IMG/VR virus record: IMGVR_UViG_2737471849_000005
Source: a virus
Taxonomy: Duplodnaviria > Heunggongvirae > Uroviricota > Caudoviricetes
Length of the DNA: 37,298 bases
Reading direction: 5' to 3' (one strand)
How positions within the stretch are numbered: position 1 is the first letter of the stretch; each line of letters starts with the position of its first letter. The notes beneath the pieces were generated by a model. The model was given only the letters and a program-made list of their open reading frames with translations, did no database searches and was not told where the DNA came from. Below are positions 27,255-37,298 of the stretch, piece after piece. Made by a program: the position numbers and the translations under genes.

Positions 27255-28427
27255 ATGGCTCAGGATTACCACCACGGGGTGCGCGTTGTTGAAGTCAACG
27301 AAGGCACCCGATCCATTACCACGGTGAGCACCGCCATCGTGGGTATGGTCTGCACGGGCGATGATGCCGATGCAAAAATGTTTCCTCTTAATAAACCCGT
27401 GCTGATCACTGATGTGCTGACTGCTAGCGGTAAAGCGGGTGAGTCCGGCACGCTGGCCCGTTCGCTGGATGCCATCGCTGACCAGGCAAAACCCGTGACC
27501 GTTGTTGTGCGTGTGCCGCAGGGTGAAACGGAAGAAGAAACCACGACCAATATCATCGGCGCAGTGACTGCTGAAGGTAAAAAAACAGGCATGAAAGCTC
27601 TGTTATCTGCTCAGTCACAGCTCGGCGTTAAACCGCGCATTCTGGGTGTACCAGGTCACGACACCAAGGCGGTAGCTACTGAGTTGCTGAGTGTGGCGCA
27701 AAGCCTGCGTGGGTTTGCTTACCTGTCAGCGTATGGCTGCAAGACAGTGCAGGAGGCGATCACTTACCGCGAAAACTTCAGCCAGCGCGAAGGGATGCTG
27801 ATCTGGCCTGACTTTACTGGCTGGGACACGGTGCTGAATGCCGAAGCAACGGCATATGCCACCGCCCGTGCGCTTGGTCTGCGCGCCAAAATTGACGAGC
27901 AGACCGGATGGCACAAAAGCCTGTCCAACGTGGGCGTGAACGGTGTCACCGGAATTTCTGCAGATGTGTTCTGGGATCTGCAGGACCCGGCAACCGATGC
28001 AGGTCTGCTGAACCAGAACGACGTCACCACGCTTGTGCGTAAAGACGGTTTCCGCTTCTGGGGTTCCCGCTGCCTGAGTGATGACCCGCTCTTTGCCTTC
28101 GAAAACTACACCCGCACGGCGCAGGTGCTGATGGACACGATGGCAGAAGCACACATGTGGGCGGTGGATAAACCGCTTAACCCGTCGCTGGCCCGCGACA
28201 TTATCGAAGGTATCCGCGCCAAAATGCGCAGCCTGGTCAGTCAGGGCTATCTCATTGGTGGTGATTGCTGGCTGGATGAGTCGGTGAACGACAAAGACAC
28301 GCTGAAAGCCGGAAAACTCACCATCGACTACGACTACACGCCAGTGCCGCCACTTGAAAACCTGATGCTGCGTCAGCGCATCACCGATCAGTACCTGGTG
28401 AATTTCGCCAGCCAGGTCAGCGCGTAA
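27255..28427 (+). CDS. FI: Tail sheath protein FI
   Basis: The N-terminal [13 protein letters not shown] and the 390-aa size match P2 FI. Confidence 0.9.
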   Translation: MAQDYHHGVRVVEVNEGTRSITTVSTAIVGMVCTGDDADAKMFPLNKPVLITDVLTASGKAGESGTLARSLDAIADQAKPVTVVVRVPQGETEEETTTNIIGAVTAEGKKTGMKALLSAQSQLGVKPRILGVPGHDTKAVATELLSVAQSLRGFAYLSAYGCKTVQEAITYRENFSQREGMLIWPDFTGWDTVLNAEATAYATARALGLRAKIDEQTGWHKSLSNVGVNGVTGISADVFWDLQDPATDAGLLNQNDVTTLVRKDGFRFWGSRCLSDDPLFAFENYTRTAQVLMDTMAEAHMWAVDKPLNPSLARDIIEGIRAKMRSLVSQGYLIGGDCWLDESVNDKDTLKAGKLTIDYDYTPVPPLENLMLRQRITDQYLVNFASQVSA

Positions 28428-28436
28428 GGGGACAAC

Positions 28437-28952
28437 ATGGCTTTACCACGCAAATTAAAACACCTGAACCTGTTTAACGACGGGAACAACTGGCAGGGGA
28501 TCGTTGAGTCGCTGACGCTGCCGAAATTTACCCGCAAATATGAGAAGTATCGCGGCGGCGGAATGCCGGGTGCGGTGGATGTGGATCTGGGGCTTGATGA
28601 CAGTGCGCTGGACACAGAATTTTCCATTGGTGGTACTGAATTGCTGCTGTTTAAACAGATGGGTAAAGCCACGGTGGATGGCATCCAGCTGCGCTTTACC
28701 GGCTCTATTCAGCGTGACGATACCGGGGAAGTGCAGGCCGTGGAGCTTGTCGTGCGTGGACGTCACAAAGAAGTGGATTCCGGCGAGTGGAAGACGGGCG
28801 AAAGCAACACCACCAAAGTGACCAGTACCAACAGCTACGCGAAGCTGACCATCAATGGTGAGGTGCTCTATGAAGTGGACCTTATCAACATGGTGGAAAT
28901 TGTGGACGGTGTGGACCTGATGGAAGCGCACCGCAACGCCCTCGGCCTCTGA
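28437..28952 (+). CDS. FII: Tail tube protein FII
   Basis: The N-terminal MALPRKLKHLNLFNDGN and the 171-aa size match P2 FII. Confidence 0.9.
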   Translation: MALPRKLKHLNLFNDGNNWQGIVESLTLPKFTRKYEKYRGGGMPGAVDVDLGLDDSALDTEFSIGGTELLLFKQMGKATVDGIQLRFTGSIQRDDTGEVQAVELVVRGRHKEVDSGEWKTGESNTTKVTSTNSYAKLTINGEVLYEVDLINMVEIVDGVDLMEAHRNALGL

Positions 28953-29006
28953 TATATCTGAACGGCGCGGGATACCGCGCCAGAACCCAATTGACAGGAC
29001 AGCAAA

Positions 29007-29309
29007 ATGAGCGATAAGCAGACTGAAAAGACCATTCAACTGGATACCCCCATCAAGCGCGGTAAAACAGAAATCACCGAAATTGTGCTGCGTAAACCGC
29101 AGTCCGGTGCGCTGCGCGGTACACGCCTGCAGGCCATTATGGATATGGATGTAAACGCGATGATGACCGTGATCCCCCGCATCTCCAGTCCGGCACTGAC
29201 TGCACAGGAAATTGCAGAGATGGACCCGGCAGATCTCACTGCCATGTCGGTTGAGGTTGTCACTTTTTTGTTGAAGAAGTCGGTGCTTGCCGGTTTACCG
29301 ACAGCCTGA
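29007..29309 (+). CDS. E: Tail assembly chaperone E
   Basis: Position between FII and T, and a size of 100 aa. Confidence 0.8.
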   Translation: MSDKQTEKTIQLDTPIKRGKTEITEIVLRKPQSGALRGTRLQAIMDMDVNAMMTVIPRISSPALTAQEIAEMDPADLTAMSVEVVTFLLKKSVLAGLPTA

Positions 29310-29443
29310 CGGTTGACGATCTGGTGGCAGATATCGCCACCATTTTTCACTGGCCGCCATCCGTTACTGACGTTATGCCGCTGACCGAAGTGCTGGAATG
29401 GCGGTATAAAGCGATTCAGAGAAGCGGGGCCAACGATGAGTGA
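29007..29443 (+). CDS. Tail assembly chaperone E+E' (predicted -1 frameshift product)
   Basis: A slippery heptamer T_TTT_TTG lies at 29264-29270. The -1 frame then stays open to the TGA at 29441-29443, overlapping the T start. Confidence 0.55.
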
Positions 29444-32400
29444 TAACAACCTGCGTCTGCAGGTCATTCTTAATGCGGTTGACAAGCTCACCCGCCCATT
29501 TCGATCTGCGCAGGCCAGTTCAAGAGAACTGGCTGCTGCTGTCAAAAAATCCCGCGATGCAATAAAGCAGCTTGATCAGGCCGGGAGCAGTCTGGACAGC
29601 TTCCGAAAGCTGCAGGCAGAAAATCAGAAATTAGGCGACAGGCTGAACTATGCCCGCCAGCGTGCAAATTTGCTCAGTCAGGAACTGGGAGCGATGGGGC
29701 CGCCTTCGCAACGTCAGGTTGTTGCTCTGGGCCGTCAACGGCTGGCTGTTCAGCGCCTGGAAGAACGCCAGAAAAAGCTGCAGCAGCAGACGGCGCTTGT
29801 GCGTGCTGAACTGTACCGGGCGGGAATTTCTGCGAAAGACGATGCGGGAGCAACTGCCCGTTTAGCCCGTGAAACATCACGTTATAACCAGGAACTTTCG
29901 AAACAGGAGGCGCGGCTGAAGCGACTGGGGGAAGCTCAGCGCAGGATGAATGCAGCGCGTGCCAGTTATGCCCGTTCGCTGGAGGTGCGTGATCGTATTG
30001 CAGGTGCCGGAGCCACCACCACGGCTGCAGGGCTGGCAATGGGTGCGCCAGTGATGGCGGCAGTAAAAAGCTATACCAGCATGGAAGATGCCATGAAAGG
30101 TGTGGCAAAGCAGGTCAATGGTCTGCGTGACGATAATGGCAACCGCACTGCACGTTTTTATGAAATGCAGGATGCCATCAAGGCTGCCAGCGAACAGTTG
30201 CCGATGGAAAACGGTGCGGTGGACTTCGCTGCACTGGTTGAAGGTGGTGCGCGCATGAACGTCGCAAACCCTGACGACAGCTGGGAAGATCAGAAACGTG
30301 ACCTGCTGGCCTTCGCCAGTACGGCAGCAAAGGCGGCAACAGCCTTTGAGCTGCCAGCGGATGAACTGTCAGAAAGTCTGGGGAAAATCGCCCAGCTCTA
30401 CAAAATCCCCACCCGCAATATTGAACAGCTCGGTGATGCGCTGAACTATCTGGATGATAACGCCATGTCGAAAGGGGCAGACATCATTGATGTGATGCAA
30501 CGTCTGGGCGGTGTGGCTGACCGTCTGGATTATCGTAAAGCGGCGGCGCTGGGTTCCACCTTCCTGACACTGGGCGCTGCGCCAGAGGTTGCAGCCAGTG
30601 CAGCAAACGCGATGGTGCGTGAATTGTCCATTGCCACCATGCAAAGCAAGAGTTTCTTTGAAGGGATGAATCTGCTGAAACTCAATCCTGAAGTGATTGA
30701 AAAGCAGATGACGAAGGATGCGATGGGAACTATCCAGCGTGTGCTGGAGAAGGTGAACGCACTGCCGCAGGATAAGCGCCTGTCTGCCATGACCATGTTG
30801 TTTGGTAAAGAGTTTGGCGATGACGCAGCGAAACTGGCAAACAACCTGCCGGAACTACAGCGCCAGCTAAAACTGACAGCGGGCAATGATGCGCTCGGTT
30901 CCATGCAGAAAGAATCCGACATCAACAAAGACTCACTTTCTGCTCAGTGGTTGCTGGTCAAAACCGGAGCGCAGAACACCTTCAGCAGCCTGGGCGAAAC
31001 GCTGCGCCAACCGCTGATGGATATTCTGTACACGGTGAAAAGCATTACGGGGGCGTTGCGCCGCTGGGTGGAAGCTAACCCGGAACTGACAGGCACACTG
31101 ATGAAAGTAGCGGCTATTGTGGCTGCGGTTACCGTAGGCCTCGGCACCTTAGCGGTGGCGCTGGCTGCAGTGCTGGGGCCGCTGGCAGTCATCCGTCTGG
31201 GATTCTCTGTGCTGGGTATCAAAACGTTACCTTCCGTTACGGCAGCAGTAACCCGAACCAGCAGCGCGTTGTCCTGGCTGGCTGGCGCACCACTGGCACT
31301 GCTGCGACGCGGGCTTGCTTCATCGGGCAACGCAGCGGGTTTACTTACTGCGCCGTTGTCGTCTTTGCGTCGCACGGCATCACTGACGGGGAATGTCCTG
31401 AAAACTGTAGCAGGTGCGCCGGTTGCACTATTGCGGTCTGGATTATCCGGTTTACGTGCTGTTGCTGTGATGTTTATGAATCCTCTGGCGGTACTGCGCG
31501 GTGGACTGGCTGCCGCAGGCGCGGTGCTTCGTGTGCTGGCATCCGGTCCGCTGGCGATGCTGCGCGTTGCCCTGTATGCCATATCTGGTCTGTTAGGTGC
31601 TCTGCTCAGTCCAATAGGTCTTGTGGTTACTGCACTGGCAGGCGTGGCGCTGGTTGTCTGGAAATACTGGCAACCCATCACCGCATTTCTCGGTGGCGTG
31701 GTGGAAGGATTCAAAGCGGCGGCAGGTCCCATCAGTGCTGCATTCGAACCACTTAAGCCTGTGTTTCAGTGGATTGGCGACAAAGTACAGGCGCTGTGGG
31801 GCTGGTTTACTAATCTGCTGACGCCTGTTAAGTCGACCTCTGCCGAGCTGCAGAGCGCAGCGGCAATGGGGCGACGATTCGGGGAGGCACTGGCGGAAGG
31901 GCTGAATATGGTCATGCATCCGCTGGACTCCCTGAAATCCGGTGTTTCCTGGTTGCTGGATAAACTCGGCATTGTCAGTAAAGAAGCTGCAAAGGCGAAA
32001 CTGCCGGAAAGCGTGACGCGTCAGCAACCTGCGACGGTGAATGCAGACGGTAAAGTGATGATGCCATCGGGTGGTTTTCCGTCATGGGGATATGGCTTTG
32101 CGGGGATGTATGACAGCGGCGGGTATATCCCGCGCGGGCAGTTTGGCATCGTCGGTGAAAACGGGCCGGAAATTGTTAACGGCCCGGCAAATGTGACCAG
32201 CCGGAGAAATACAGCTGCACTGGCTGCCGTTGTTGCCGGAATGATGGGCGTTGCTGCCGCGCCAGCAGAGCTTCCACCGTTGCACCCTTTGGCACTTCCC
32301 GCGAAAGGCGGCGAAGCGATGGTGAGTCGTGCAGCCACTGTGCCGCCCGTTCAGCGGATTGAGGCACCGACGCAGATCATCATTCAGACGCAGCCAGGAC

Positions 32401-32513
32401 AAAGTGCGCAGGATATTGCGCGGGAGGTGGCACGTCAGCTTGATGAACGTGAGCGCAGGCTGAAGGCAAAAGCCAGGAGTAACTACAGCGATCAGGGGGG
32501 ATACGACGCATGA
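29436..32513 (+). CDS. T: Tail tape measure protein T
   Basis: A 1025-aa ORF with coiled-coil and Ala/Leu-rich periodic segments, at the P2 T position. Confidence 0.85.
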   Translation: MSDNNLRLQVILNAVDKLTRPFRSAQASSRELAAAVKKSRDAIKQLDQAGSSLDSFRKLQAENQKLGDRLNYARQRANLLSQELGAMGPPSQRQVVALGRQRLAVQRLEERQKKLQQQTALVRAELYRAGISAKDDAGATARLARETSRYNQELSKQEARLKRLGEAQRRMNAARASYARSLEVRDRIAGAGATTTAAGLAMGAPVMAAVKSYTSMEDAMKGVAKQVNGLRDDNGNRTARFYEMQDAIKAASEQLPMENGAVDFAALVEGGARMNVANPDDSWEDQKRDLLAFASTAAKAATAFELPADELSESLGKIAQLYKIPTRNIEQLGDALNYLDDNAMSKGADIIDVMQRLGGVADRLDYRKAAALGSTFLTLGAAPEVAASAANAMVRELSIATMQSKSFFEGMNLLKLNPEVIEKQMTKDAMGTIQRVLEKVNALPQDKRLSAMTMLFGKEFGDDAAKLANNLPELQRQLKLTAGNDALGSMQKESDINKDSLSAQWLLVKTGAQNTFSSLGETLRQPLMDILYTVKSITGALRRWVEANPELTGTLMKVAAIVAAVTVGLGTLAVALAAVLGPLAVIRLGFSVLGIKTLPSVTAAVTRTSSALSWLAGAPLALLRRGLASSGNAAGLLTAPLSSLRRTASLTGNVLKTVAGAPVALLRSGLSGLRAVAVMFMNPLAVLRGGLAAAGAVLRVLASGPLAMLRVALYAISGLLGALLSPIGLVVTALAGVALVVWKYWQPITAFLGGVVEGFKAAAGPISAAFEPLKPVFQWIGDKVQALWGWFTNLLTPVKSTSAELQSAAAMGRRFGEALAEGLNMVMHPLDSLKSGVSWLLDKLGIVSKEAAKAKLPESVTRQQPATVNADGKVMMPSGGFPSWGYGFAGMYDSGGYIPRGQFGIVGENGPEIVNGPANVTSRRNTAALAAVVAGMMGVAAAPAELPPLHPLALPAKGGEAMVSRAATVPPVQRIEAPTQIIIQTQPGQSAQDIAREVARQLDERERRLKAKARSNYSDQGGYDA

Positions 32514-32995
32514 TGATGGTGCTGGGATTGTACGTGTTTATGCTGCGCACTGTGCCGTATCAGGAACTGCAGTATCAACGCAGCTGGCGACATGCGGCAA
32601 ACAGCCGGGTCAACCGACGTCCGTCCACGCAGTTTCTGGGACCGGACAACGACATGCTGACGCTTTCTGGTGTTCTTATGCCAGAGATAACGGGCGGCAG
32701 GCTGTCGTTGCTGGCTCTGGAGCAGATGGCAGAACAGGGAAAAGCATGGCCCCTGATTGAAGGCAGCGGCACGATTTACGGCATGTATGTGATTGAGGGA
32801 CTGAATCAGACTAAAACGGAGTTTTTCCGCGATGGTATGCCGCGCCGGATTGAGTTCACCCTGTCGCTCAAACGGGTGGATGAATCCCTGTCCGATATGT
32901 TCGGTGATCTCAGTGCGCAGCTGAATAATTTGCAGGATACGGCAACGTCTGCCTTAAGCGATATCAGTAAAACGGTGGGAGGGCTGCTGTCGTGA
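32510..32995 (+). CDS. U: Tail protein U
   Basis: Position and size match P2 U. Its start overlaps the T stop (ATGA). Confidence 0.85.
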   Translation: MMMVLGLYVFMLRTVPYQELQYQRSWRHAANSRVNRRPSTQFLGPDNDMLTLSGVLMPEITGGRLSLLALEQMAEQGKAWPLIEGSGTIYGMYVIEGLNQTKTEFFRDGMPRRIEFTLSLKRVDESLSDMFGDLSAQLNNLQDTATSALSDISKTVGGLLS

Positions 32996-34092
32996 ATTTC
33001 AGCTCTGAACTGCTTAACAAAGGCAACAAAACTCCCGCATTCAGCATCAGTATTGAAGGCAAGGATATCACCACTGTGCTGGACAACCGCCTGATGGGGC
33101 TTACGCTGACGGATAACCGGGGCTTTGAAGCGGACCAGCTTGATCTGGAGCTGGACGACGCCGACGGAAAAATCGTGCTGCCGCGCCGTGGTGCGGTCAT
33201 CACGCTGGCGCTGGGCTGGAAGGGGCAGCCGCTTTTCCCGAAAGGGGCATTCACAGTGGACGAGATTGAACACACTGGCGCACCGGATCGCCTGACTATC
33301 CGGGCGCGAAGTGCTGATTTTAGGGAAACGCTGAATACCCGCCGTGAAAAATCGTGGCACAAGACCACTGTCGGGGAAGTGGTGAAGGAAATAGCCGCGC
33401 GTCACAATCTGAAGATGGCACTGGGTAAAGACCTGTCGGATAAGCCCGTGGAGCATATAGACCAGACTAATGAGAGTGACGGCAGTTTTCTGATGCGGCT
33501 GGCGCGCCAGTACGGTGCCATCGCGTCGGTGAAAAATGGCAATCTGTTATTCATCCGGCAGGGACAGGGCAAAAGCGCCACTGGTAAACCACTGCCGGTG
33601 ATCACTATCACACGCAAGGACGGCGACAGTCACCGCTTTACCCTGGCAGATCGCGGAGCCTACACGGGGGTAATTGCCAGCTGGTTGCATACCCGCGAAC
33701 CCGCGAAGAAAGAAAGCACTACGGTGAAGCGTAAGCGCAGGACTAAGAAGCAGAAGAAAGAGCCGGAAGCGAAGCAGGGCGATTACCTGGTGGGGACGGA
33801 TGAAAACGTGCTGGTACTTAATCGCACTTATGCCAACCGGAGCAACGCCGAACGAGCGGCAAAAATGCAGTGGGAACGCCTGCAACGCGGCGTTGCGTCA
33901 TTCTCGCTACAACTGGCGGAAGGGCGGGCAGATCTCTACACGGAAATGCCTGTGAAGGTCAGTGGTTTTAAACAGCCGATAGATGATGCGGAATGGACCA
34001 TTACGACTCTGACACATACCGTCAGCCCGGATAACGGTTTTACGACCAGTCTGGAGCTTGAAGTGAAGATTGATGATTTCGAAATGGAATGA
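32992..34092 (+). CDS. D: Tail protein D (late control gene D family)
   Basis: Position and size match P2 D. Confidence 0.85.
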   Translation: MNFSSELLNKGNKTPAFSISIEGKDITTVLDNRLMGLTLTDNRGFEADQLDLELDDADGKIVLPRRGAVITLALGWKGQPLFPKGAFTVDEIEHTGAPDRLTIRARSADFRETLNTRREKSWHKTTVGEVVKEIAARHNLKMALGKDLSDKPVEHIDQTNESDGSFLMRLARQYGAIASVKNGNLLFIRQGQGKSATGKPLPVITITRKDGDSHRFTLADRGAYTGVIASWLHTREPAKKESTTVKRKRRTKKQKKEPEAKQGDYLVGTDENVLVLNRTYANRSNAERAAKMQWERLQRGVASFSLQLAEGRADLYTEMPVKVSGFKQPIDDAEWTITTLTHTVSPDNGFTTSLELEVKIDDFEME

Positions 34093-34171
34093 TTCTTCGC
34101 AATGGAGAACTTTTAAGTTTTCAAAATGGAATAATTCTTCGCAATGGAGAACTTTTAAGTTTTCAAAATGG
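34088..34171. repeat. Perfect tandem direct repeat, 2 x 42 bp
   Basis: The unit AAT(G/A)ATTCTTCGCAATGGAGAACTTTTAAGTTTTCAAAATGG is repeated head-to-tail, beginning within the last codons of D. Confidence 0.8.
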
Positions 34172-34224
34172 AATAATGCGGTATCATTATTGTGAATTTA
34201 GCAAAAATGGGGAGAACTCGAAAA

Positions 34225-34443
34225 ATGATGATTTGCCCACTGTGTGGAAGTGCCGCCCATACTCGCAGCAGTTTTCAGGTATCTTCATTGACCAAAGAGC
34301 GTTACAACCAGTGCCAGAACATTAACTGCAGCCATACTTTTGTTACCCATGAAACTTTTGTTCGTTCGATTGCAACGCCAAAAGAGTCAAATCCGGTTCA
34401 GCCGCATCCAATGAAATCAGGACAGGTGGCGCTCTCTCTTTGA
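34225..34443 (+). CDS. ogr: Late gene transcriptional activator Ogr/B (zinc finger)
   Basis: The translation MICPLCGSAAHTRSS....KERYNQCQNINCSHTF is close to P2 Ogr (..CPLC..AAH.R.S....KERY.QCQN.NCS.TF). Confidence 0.88.
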   Translation: MMICPLCGSAAHTRSSFQVSSLTKERYNQCQNINCSHTFVTHETFVRSIATPKESNPVQPHPMKSGQVALSL

Positions 34444-34518
34444 CGCTGCCGCCAATTTGTCGCCATCGTTAAAAAACAGTGCTTCTAACATCATGATTTT
34501 AAAAGGCATAAATTTCAG

Positions 34519-34565
34519 GCAATAAAAAACCCATCAACCTTGAACCGAAATGGCGGGGTTGATGG
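34519..34565 (-). terminator. Rho-independent terminator on the minus strand, probably for ybjL
   Basis: A hairpin (cccatcaacc / ggttgatggg) is followed by a T-run on the minus strand. Confidence 0.5.
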
Positions 34566-34678
34566 GCTCCACAAAATGGGGACATCAAAGAAAAGCAGTG
34601 GCACTAATTAAGACTGATGCCCTGCGGAAAAGTTCTGCGGTTGTGCAAAAAAATTTCATTTTCAGGGCAACTTCAGTT

Positions 34679-36364
34679 TTATCCTAATCCTGGCCATACC
34701 ATGACGATGATTGTCCCTGCCAGCGTCAGCAGGACGTTGGCGATTGCATAGGTGCCCGCATAGCCCAGCGCCGGGATGTTACTGCGAGCTGTATCACTGA
34801 TGATCTCCATTGCCGGCGCGCAGGTACGTGCGCCCATCATTGCGCCGAACAACAGTGCGCGGTTCATTCGCAATACATAAGCACCGAACAAGAAACAGAT
34901 AACCACGGGCACCAGACTGACAATCAATCCGGCAATCAACATCTGACCGCCAATCGCGCCCAGGCCGTTATTAATACCGCTACCGGCGCTCAGACCAACG
35001 CCTGCCATAAACACCATCAAGCCGAACTCTTTCACCATGCTTAATGCACCTTGCGGAATGTAACCGAAGGTCGGGTGGTTAGCACGCATAAAGCCCAGCA
35101 TAATTCCGGCGAATAACAACCCGGCAGCGTTCCCCATGCCGAAACTGAATGTGCTGAACTGGAAGGTGATCATCCCGATCATCAGCCCAATAACAAAGAA
35201 GGCGCAAAATGCCAGCAGGTCAGTGACCTGGCTGTGAATCGAGATAAAGCCGATGCGATCGGCGATGGTTTTTACGCGACGGGCATCACCGCTGACTTGT
35301 AAAACGTCACCTTTGTTAAGCACGACGTTGTCATCTATCGGCATCTCAATCTGGCTACGAATGACGCGGTTAAGGAAGCAACCGTGATCGGTCAACTTCA
35401 GTTGTGCGAGACGTTTACCTACAGCGTTATGGTTTTTAACGACCACTTCTTCAGTGACGATACGCATGTCGAGAAGGTCACGATCGAAAACTTCTTTACC
35501 GTTACGGAAGCTGGGATCGAGTCGGGCATGGGCGTCGGGATAGCCTACCAACGCTATTTCATCGCCCATTTGTAGCACGGCATCACCGTCTGGATTTGCC
35601 AGAATCCCGTTACGTCGAATACGTTCAATGTAGCAGCCGGTTTGTCGATAAATACCCAGTTCACGCAGATTTTTGCCGTCGGTCCAGGCCACCAGCTCCG
35701 GGCCGACGCGATAGGCGCGGATCACCGGTAAATAAACCTTACGGTTGGCATCAGTGTCCAGGCCACGTTCGCGGGCGATTTGCTGGGCGCTGGTCTGTAA
35801 GTCCTGATGCTGCAATTTCGGCAAGTAACGCGCACCAACAATCAAACTCACCAGACCGATTAAATAGGTTAAGGCATACCCGAGGCTCAGATTATCCAGT
35901 GCCAGTGAGAGCTGCCTGCTTTCCATGCCGGAATGACGCAGTGTATCGCCAGCACCGACCAGAACCGGTGTCGACGTCATAGAGCCTGCTAACATACCGG
36001 CCGTCAGGCCAATATCCCAGCCAAACAGCTTACCTAACCCTAAGGCGATCACCAGCGCACTGCCAACCATCACCAGTGCTAACATTAGGTAATTTTTCCC
36101 ATCGCGAAAAAAAATGGAAAAAAAGTTCGGTCCGGCTTCGACCCCGACGCAGAAAATAAACAGCATAAAGCCAAGATTAAGCGCATCGGTGTTAATGCTG
36201 AAATGTTGTTGGCCTAATAACAGCGATACGACTAAAACGCCAATGGAATTACCCAGTTGGATCGAACCAAGTCGTAACTTTCCGAGACATAGCCCAAGCG
36301 CGAGGACCACAAATAATAACAGAATGTAATTCCCATTTAACAATTCGGCGACGTTTATATTCAC
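34679..36364 (-). CDS. ybjL: Putative AAE-family transport protein YbjL (host)
   Basis: A 561-aa polytopic membrane protein whose N-terminal [29 protein letters not shown] matches E. coli YbjL as I recall it. Confidence 0.85.
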
Positions 36365-36633
36365 GGAGGCTAACTTCTTGTTTACTAGTAAGCTGTTGAA
36401 AGAAATGGTAATTTACGATAATGTTTTTTACCAGAATTCAGGGCGCAGATTCATTCAGCGCACCTAAACGATAGTAAAGTAACAATATATTTTACTAGTG
36501 TAATCACATTAGGTATCAACGGCTATATGAATTGCGTTGGCCTATATTAGCATGGAATGCGAAGCGGCTTTATCTTACTGAACGCCACACTGGCGAAAAA
36601 TGTGTTCGATAGACGCAGTGTCAGGAGGAACGA

Positions 36634-37011
36634 GTGAAACATAAACAACGTTGGGCGGGGGCAATCTGCTGTTTTGTCCTCTTCATTGTGGTGTGCCTTT
36701 TTCTGGCGACGCACATGAAAGGCGCTTTTCGGGCTGCCGGGCATCCTGAAATCGGCTTGCTATTTTTCATTCTTCCTGGAGCAGTGGCCAGCTTCTTTTC
36801 ACAGCGTAGAGAAGTCCTGAAACCTCTGTTTGGCGCAATGCTGGCGGCACCCTGTTCGATGCTCATTATGCGGCTGTTTTTTTCACCGACGCGCTCATTC
36901 TGGCAAGAGCTGGCATGGTTACTAAGCGCGGTGTTCTGGTGTGCGCTGGGGGCACTGTGTTTCTTATTTATCAGTAGTTTGTTTAAACCACAGCACAGAA
37001 AAAATCAGTAA
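36634..37011 (+). CDS. ybjM: Inner membrane protein YbjM (host)
   Basis: A 125-aa membrane protein between ybjL and grxA, as in the E. coli chromosome. Confidence 0.75.
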   Translation: MKHKQRWAGAICCFVLFIVVCLFLATHMKGAFRAAGHPEIGLLFFILPGAVASFFSQRREVLKPLFGAMLAAPCSMLIMRLFFSPTRSFWQELAWLLSAVFWCALGALCFLFISSLFKPQHRKNQ

Positions 37012-37036
37012 AGCCCTCAACGCGAGGGCTTGTCAG
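37012..37036. terminator. Possible bidirectional terminator hairpin between ybjM and grxA
   Basis: A hairpin (agccctc aacgc gagggct) is flanked by A/T runs. Confidence 0.4.
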
Positions 37037-37040
37037 ACGA

Positions 37041-37298
37041 TCAGGCGTCCAGATTTTCTTTCACCCATGCAGCAAAATCGGTATAGCCGCCGATATGTTG
37101 CTGATCGACAAAAATCTGCGGCACGGTTTCTACGGGTTTACCTGCCTTTTGTTGTAGATCTTCTTTAGTGATCCCTTCCGCACGAATATCTACATACTGA
37201 TACTGAAAATCATCGCGTTCATTGCTCAATTTCTCAGCCAGATCTTTTGCACGCACACAGTAAGGGCAACCCGAACGACCAAAAATAACGGTTTGCAT
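37041..37298 (-). CDS. grxA: Glutaredoxin 1 (host)
   Basis: An 85-aa protein with the CPYC active site (GRSGCPYCVRAK). Its start codon is at the window edge. Confidence 0.88.
   Translation of the reverse strand: MQTVIFGRSGCPYCVRAKDLAEKLSNERDDFQYQYVDIRAEGITKEDLQQKAGKPVETVPQIFVDQQHIGGYTDFAAWVKENLDA

Larger units (their letters stand above)
1..34520. mobile_element. P2/186-family temperate prophage; attL lies left of the window, right end approximate
   Basis: Gene order matches P2/186 prophage synteny (int, repressor, cox/apl, A, Q-P, O-N-M-L, lysis, R-S-V-W-J-I-H-G, FI-FII-E-T-U-D, ogr). Host genes begin by 34679. Confidence 0.85.

Noticed and set aside
34089-34325. A 78-aa ORF (MILRNGELLSFQNGIILRNGELLSFQNGI...) in the track.
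   Set aside because: Its repetitive translation is just the 42-bp tandem repeat read in frame, and it runs into ogr in another frame. It is a repeat artefact, not a gene.
34529-34565. The hairpin cccatcaacc/ggttgatggg, considered as a possible attR core or tRNA fragment.
   Set aside because: There is no tRNA-like cloverleaf context, and the T-run on the minus strand makes a ybjL terminator the simpler explanation.
1-37298. A search for CRISPR arrays, tRNA or rRNA genes and IS elements.
   Set aside because: No spacer-repeat arrays, cloverleaf-like tRNA sequences, rRNA-like stretches or transposase ORFs with terminal inverted repeats were seen. The only repeats are the 42-bp tandem duplication, the invertase crossover sites and protein-level repeats within H and T.

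Overview
The window is almost entirely one P2/186-family temperate prophage (about 34.5 kb, positions 1 to ~34520) followed by host genes ybjL, ybjM and grxA. It runs from the integrase, whose stop codon is at the window's left edge, through a 186-type lysogeny switch (CI-like repressor, Apl/Cox, CII), a Dam methylase, replication initiator A, the head genes Q-P-O-N-M-L, a lysis cassette, tail genes with an invertible tail-fibre segment and Gin-like invertase, and the late activator Ogr. The most interesting part is an AT-rich accessory island (about 7500-11580) between gene A and the portal gene. It holds a LexA-box-controlled module with a small ORF and a DinI-like ORF, a lipoprotein gene, a cos-like site, and a 778-aa ABC/Rad50-like ATPase whose motifs resemble RloC/PrrC anticodon nucleases, making it a candidate anti-phage defence gene. 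A second unusual feature is a 235-aa paralogue of the terminase large subunit, translationally coupled between P and Q. Everything here is read by eye from the sequence and ORF translations; no database searches or computations were run, so family assignments are recollection-based and motif coordinates are hand-counted.
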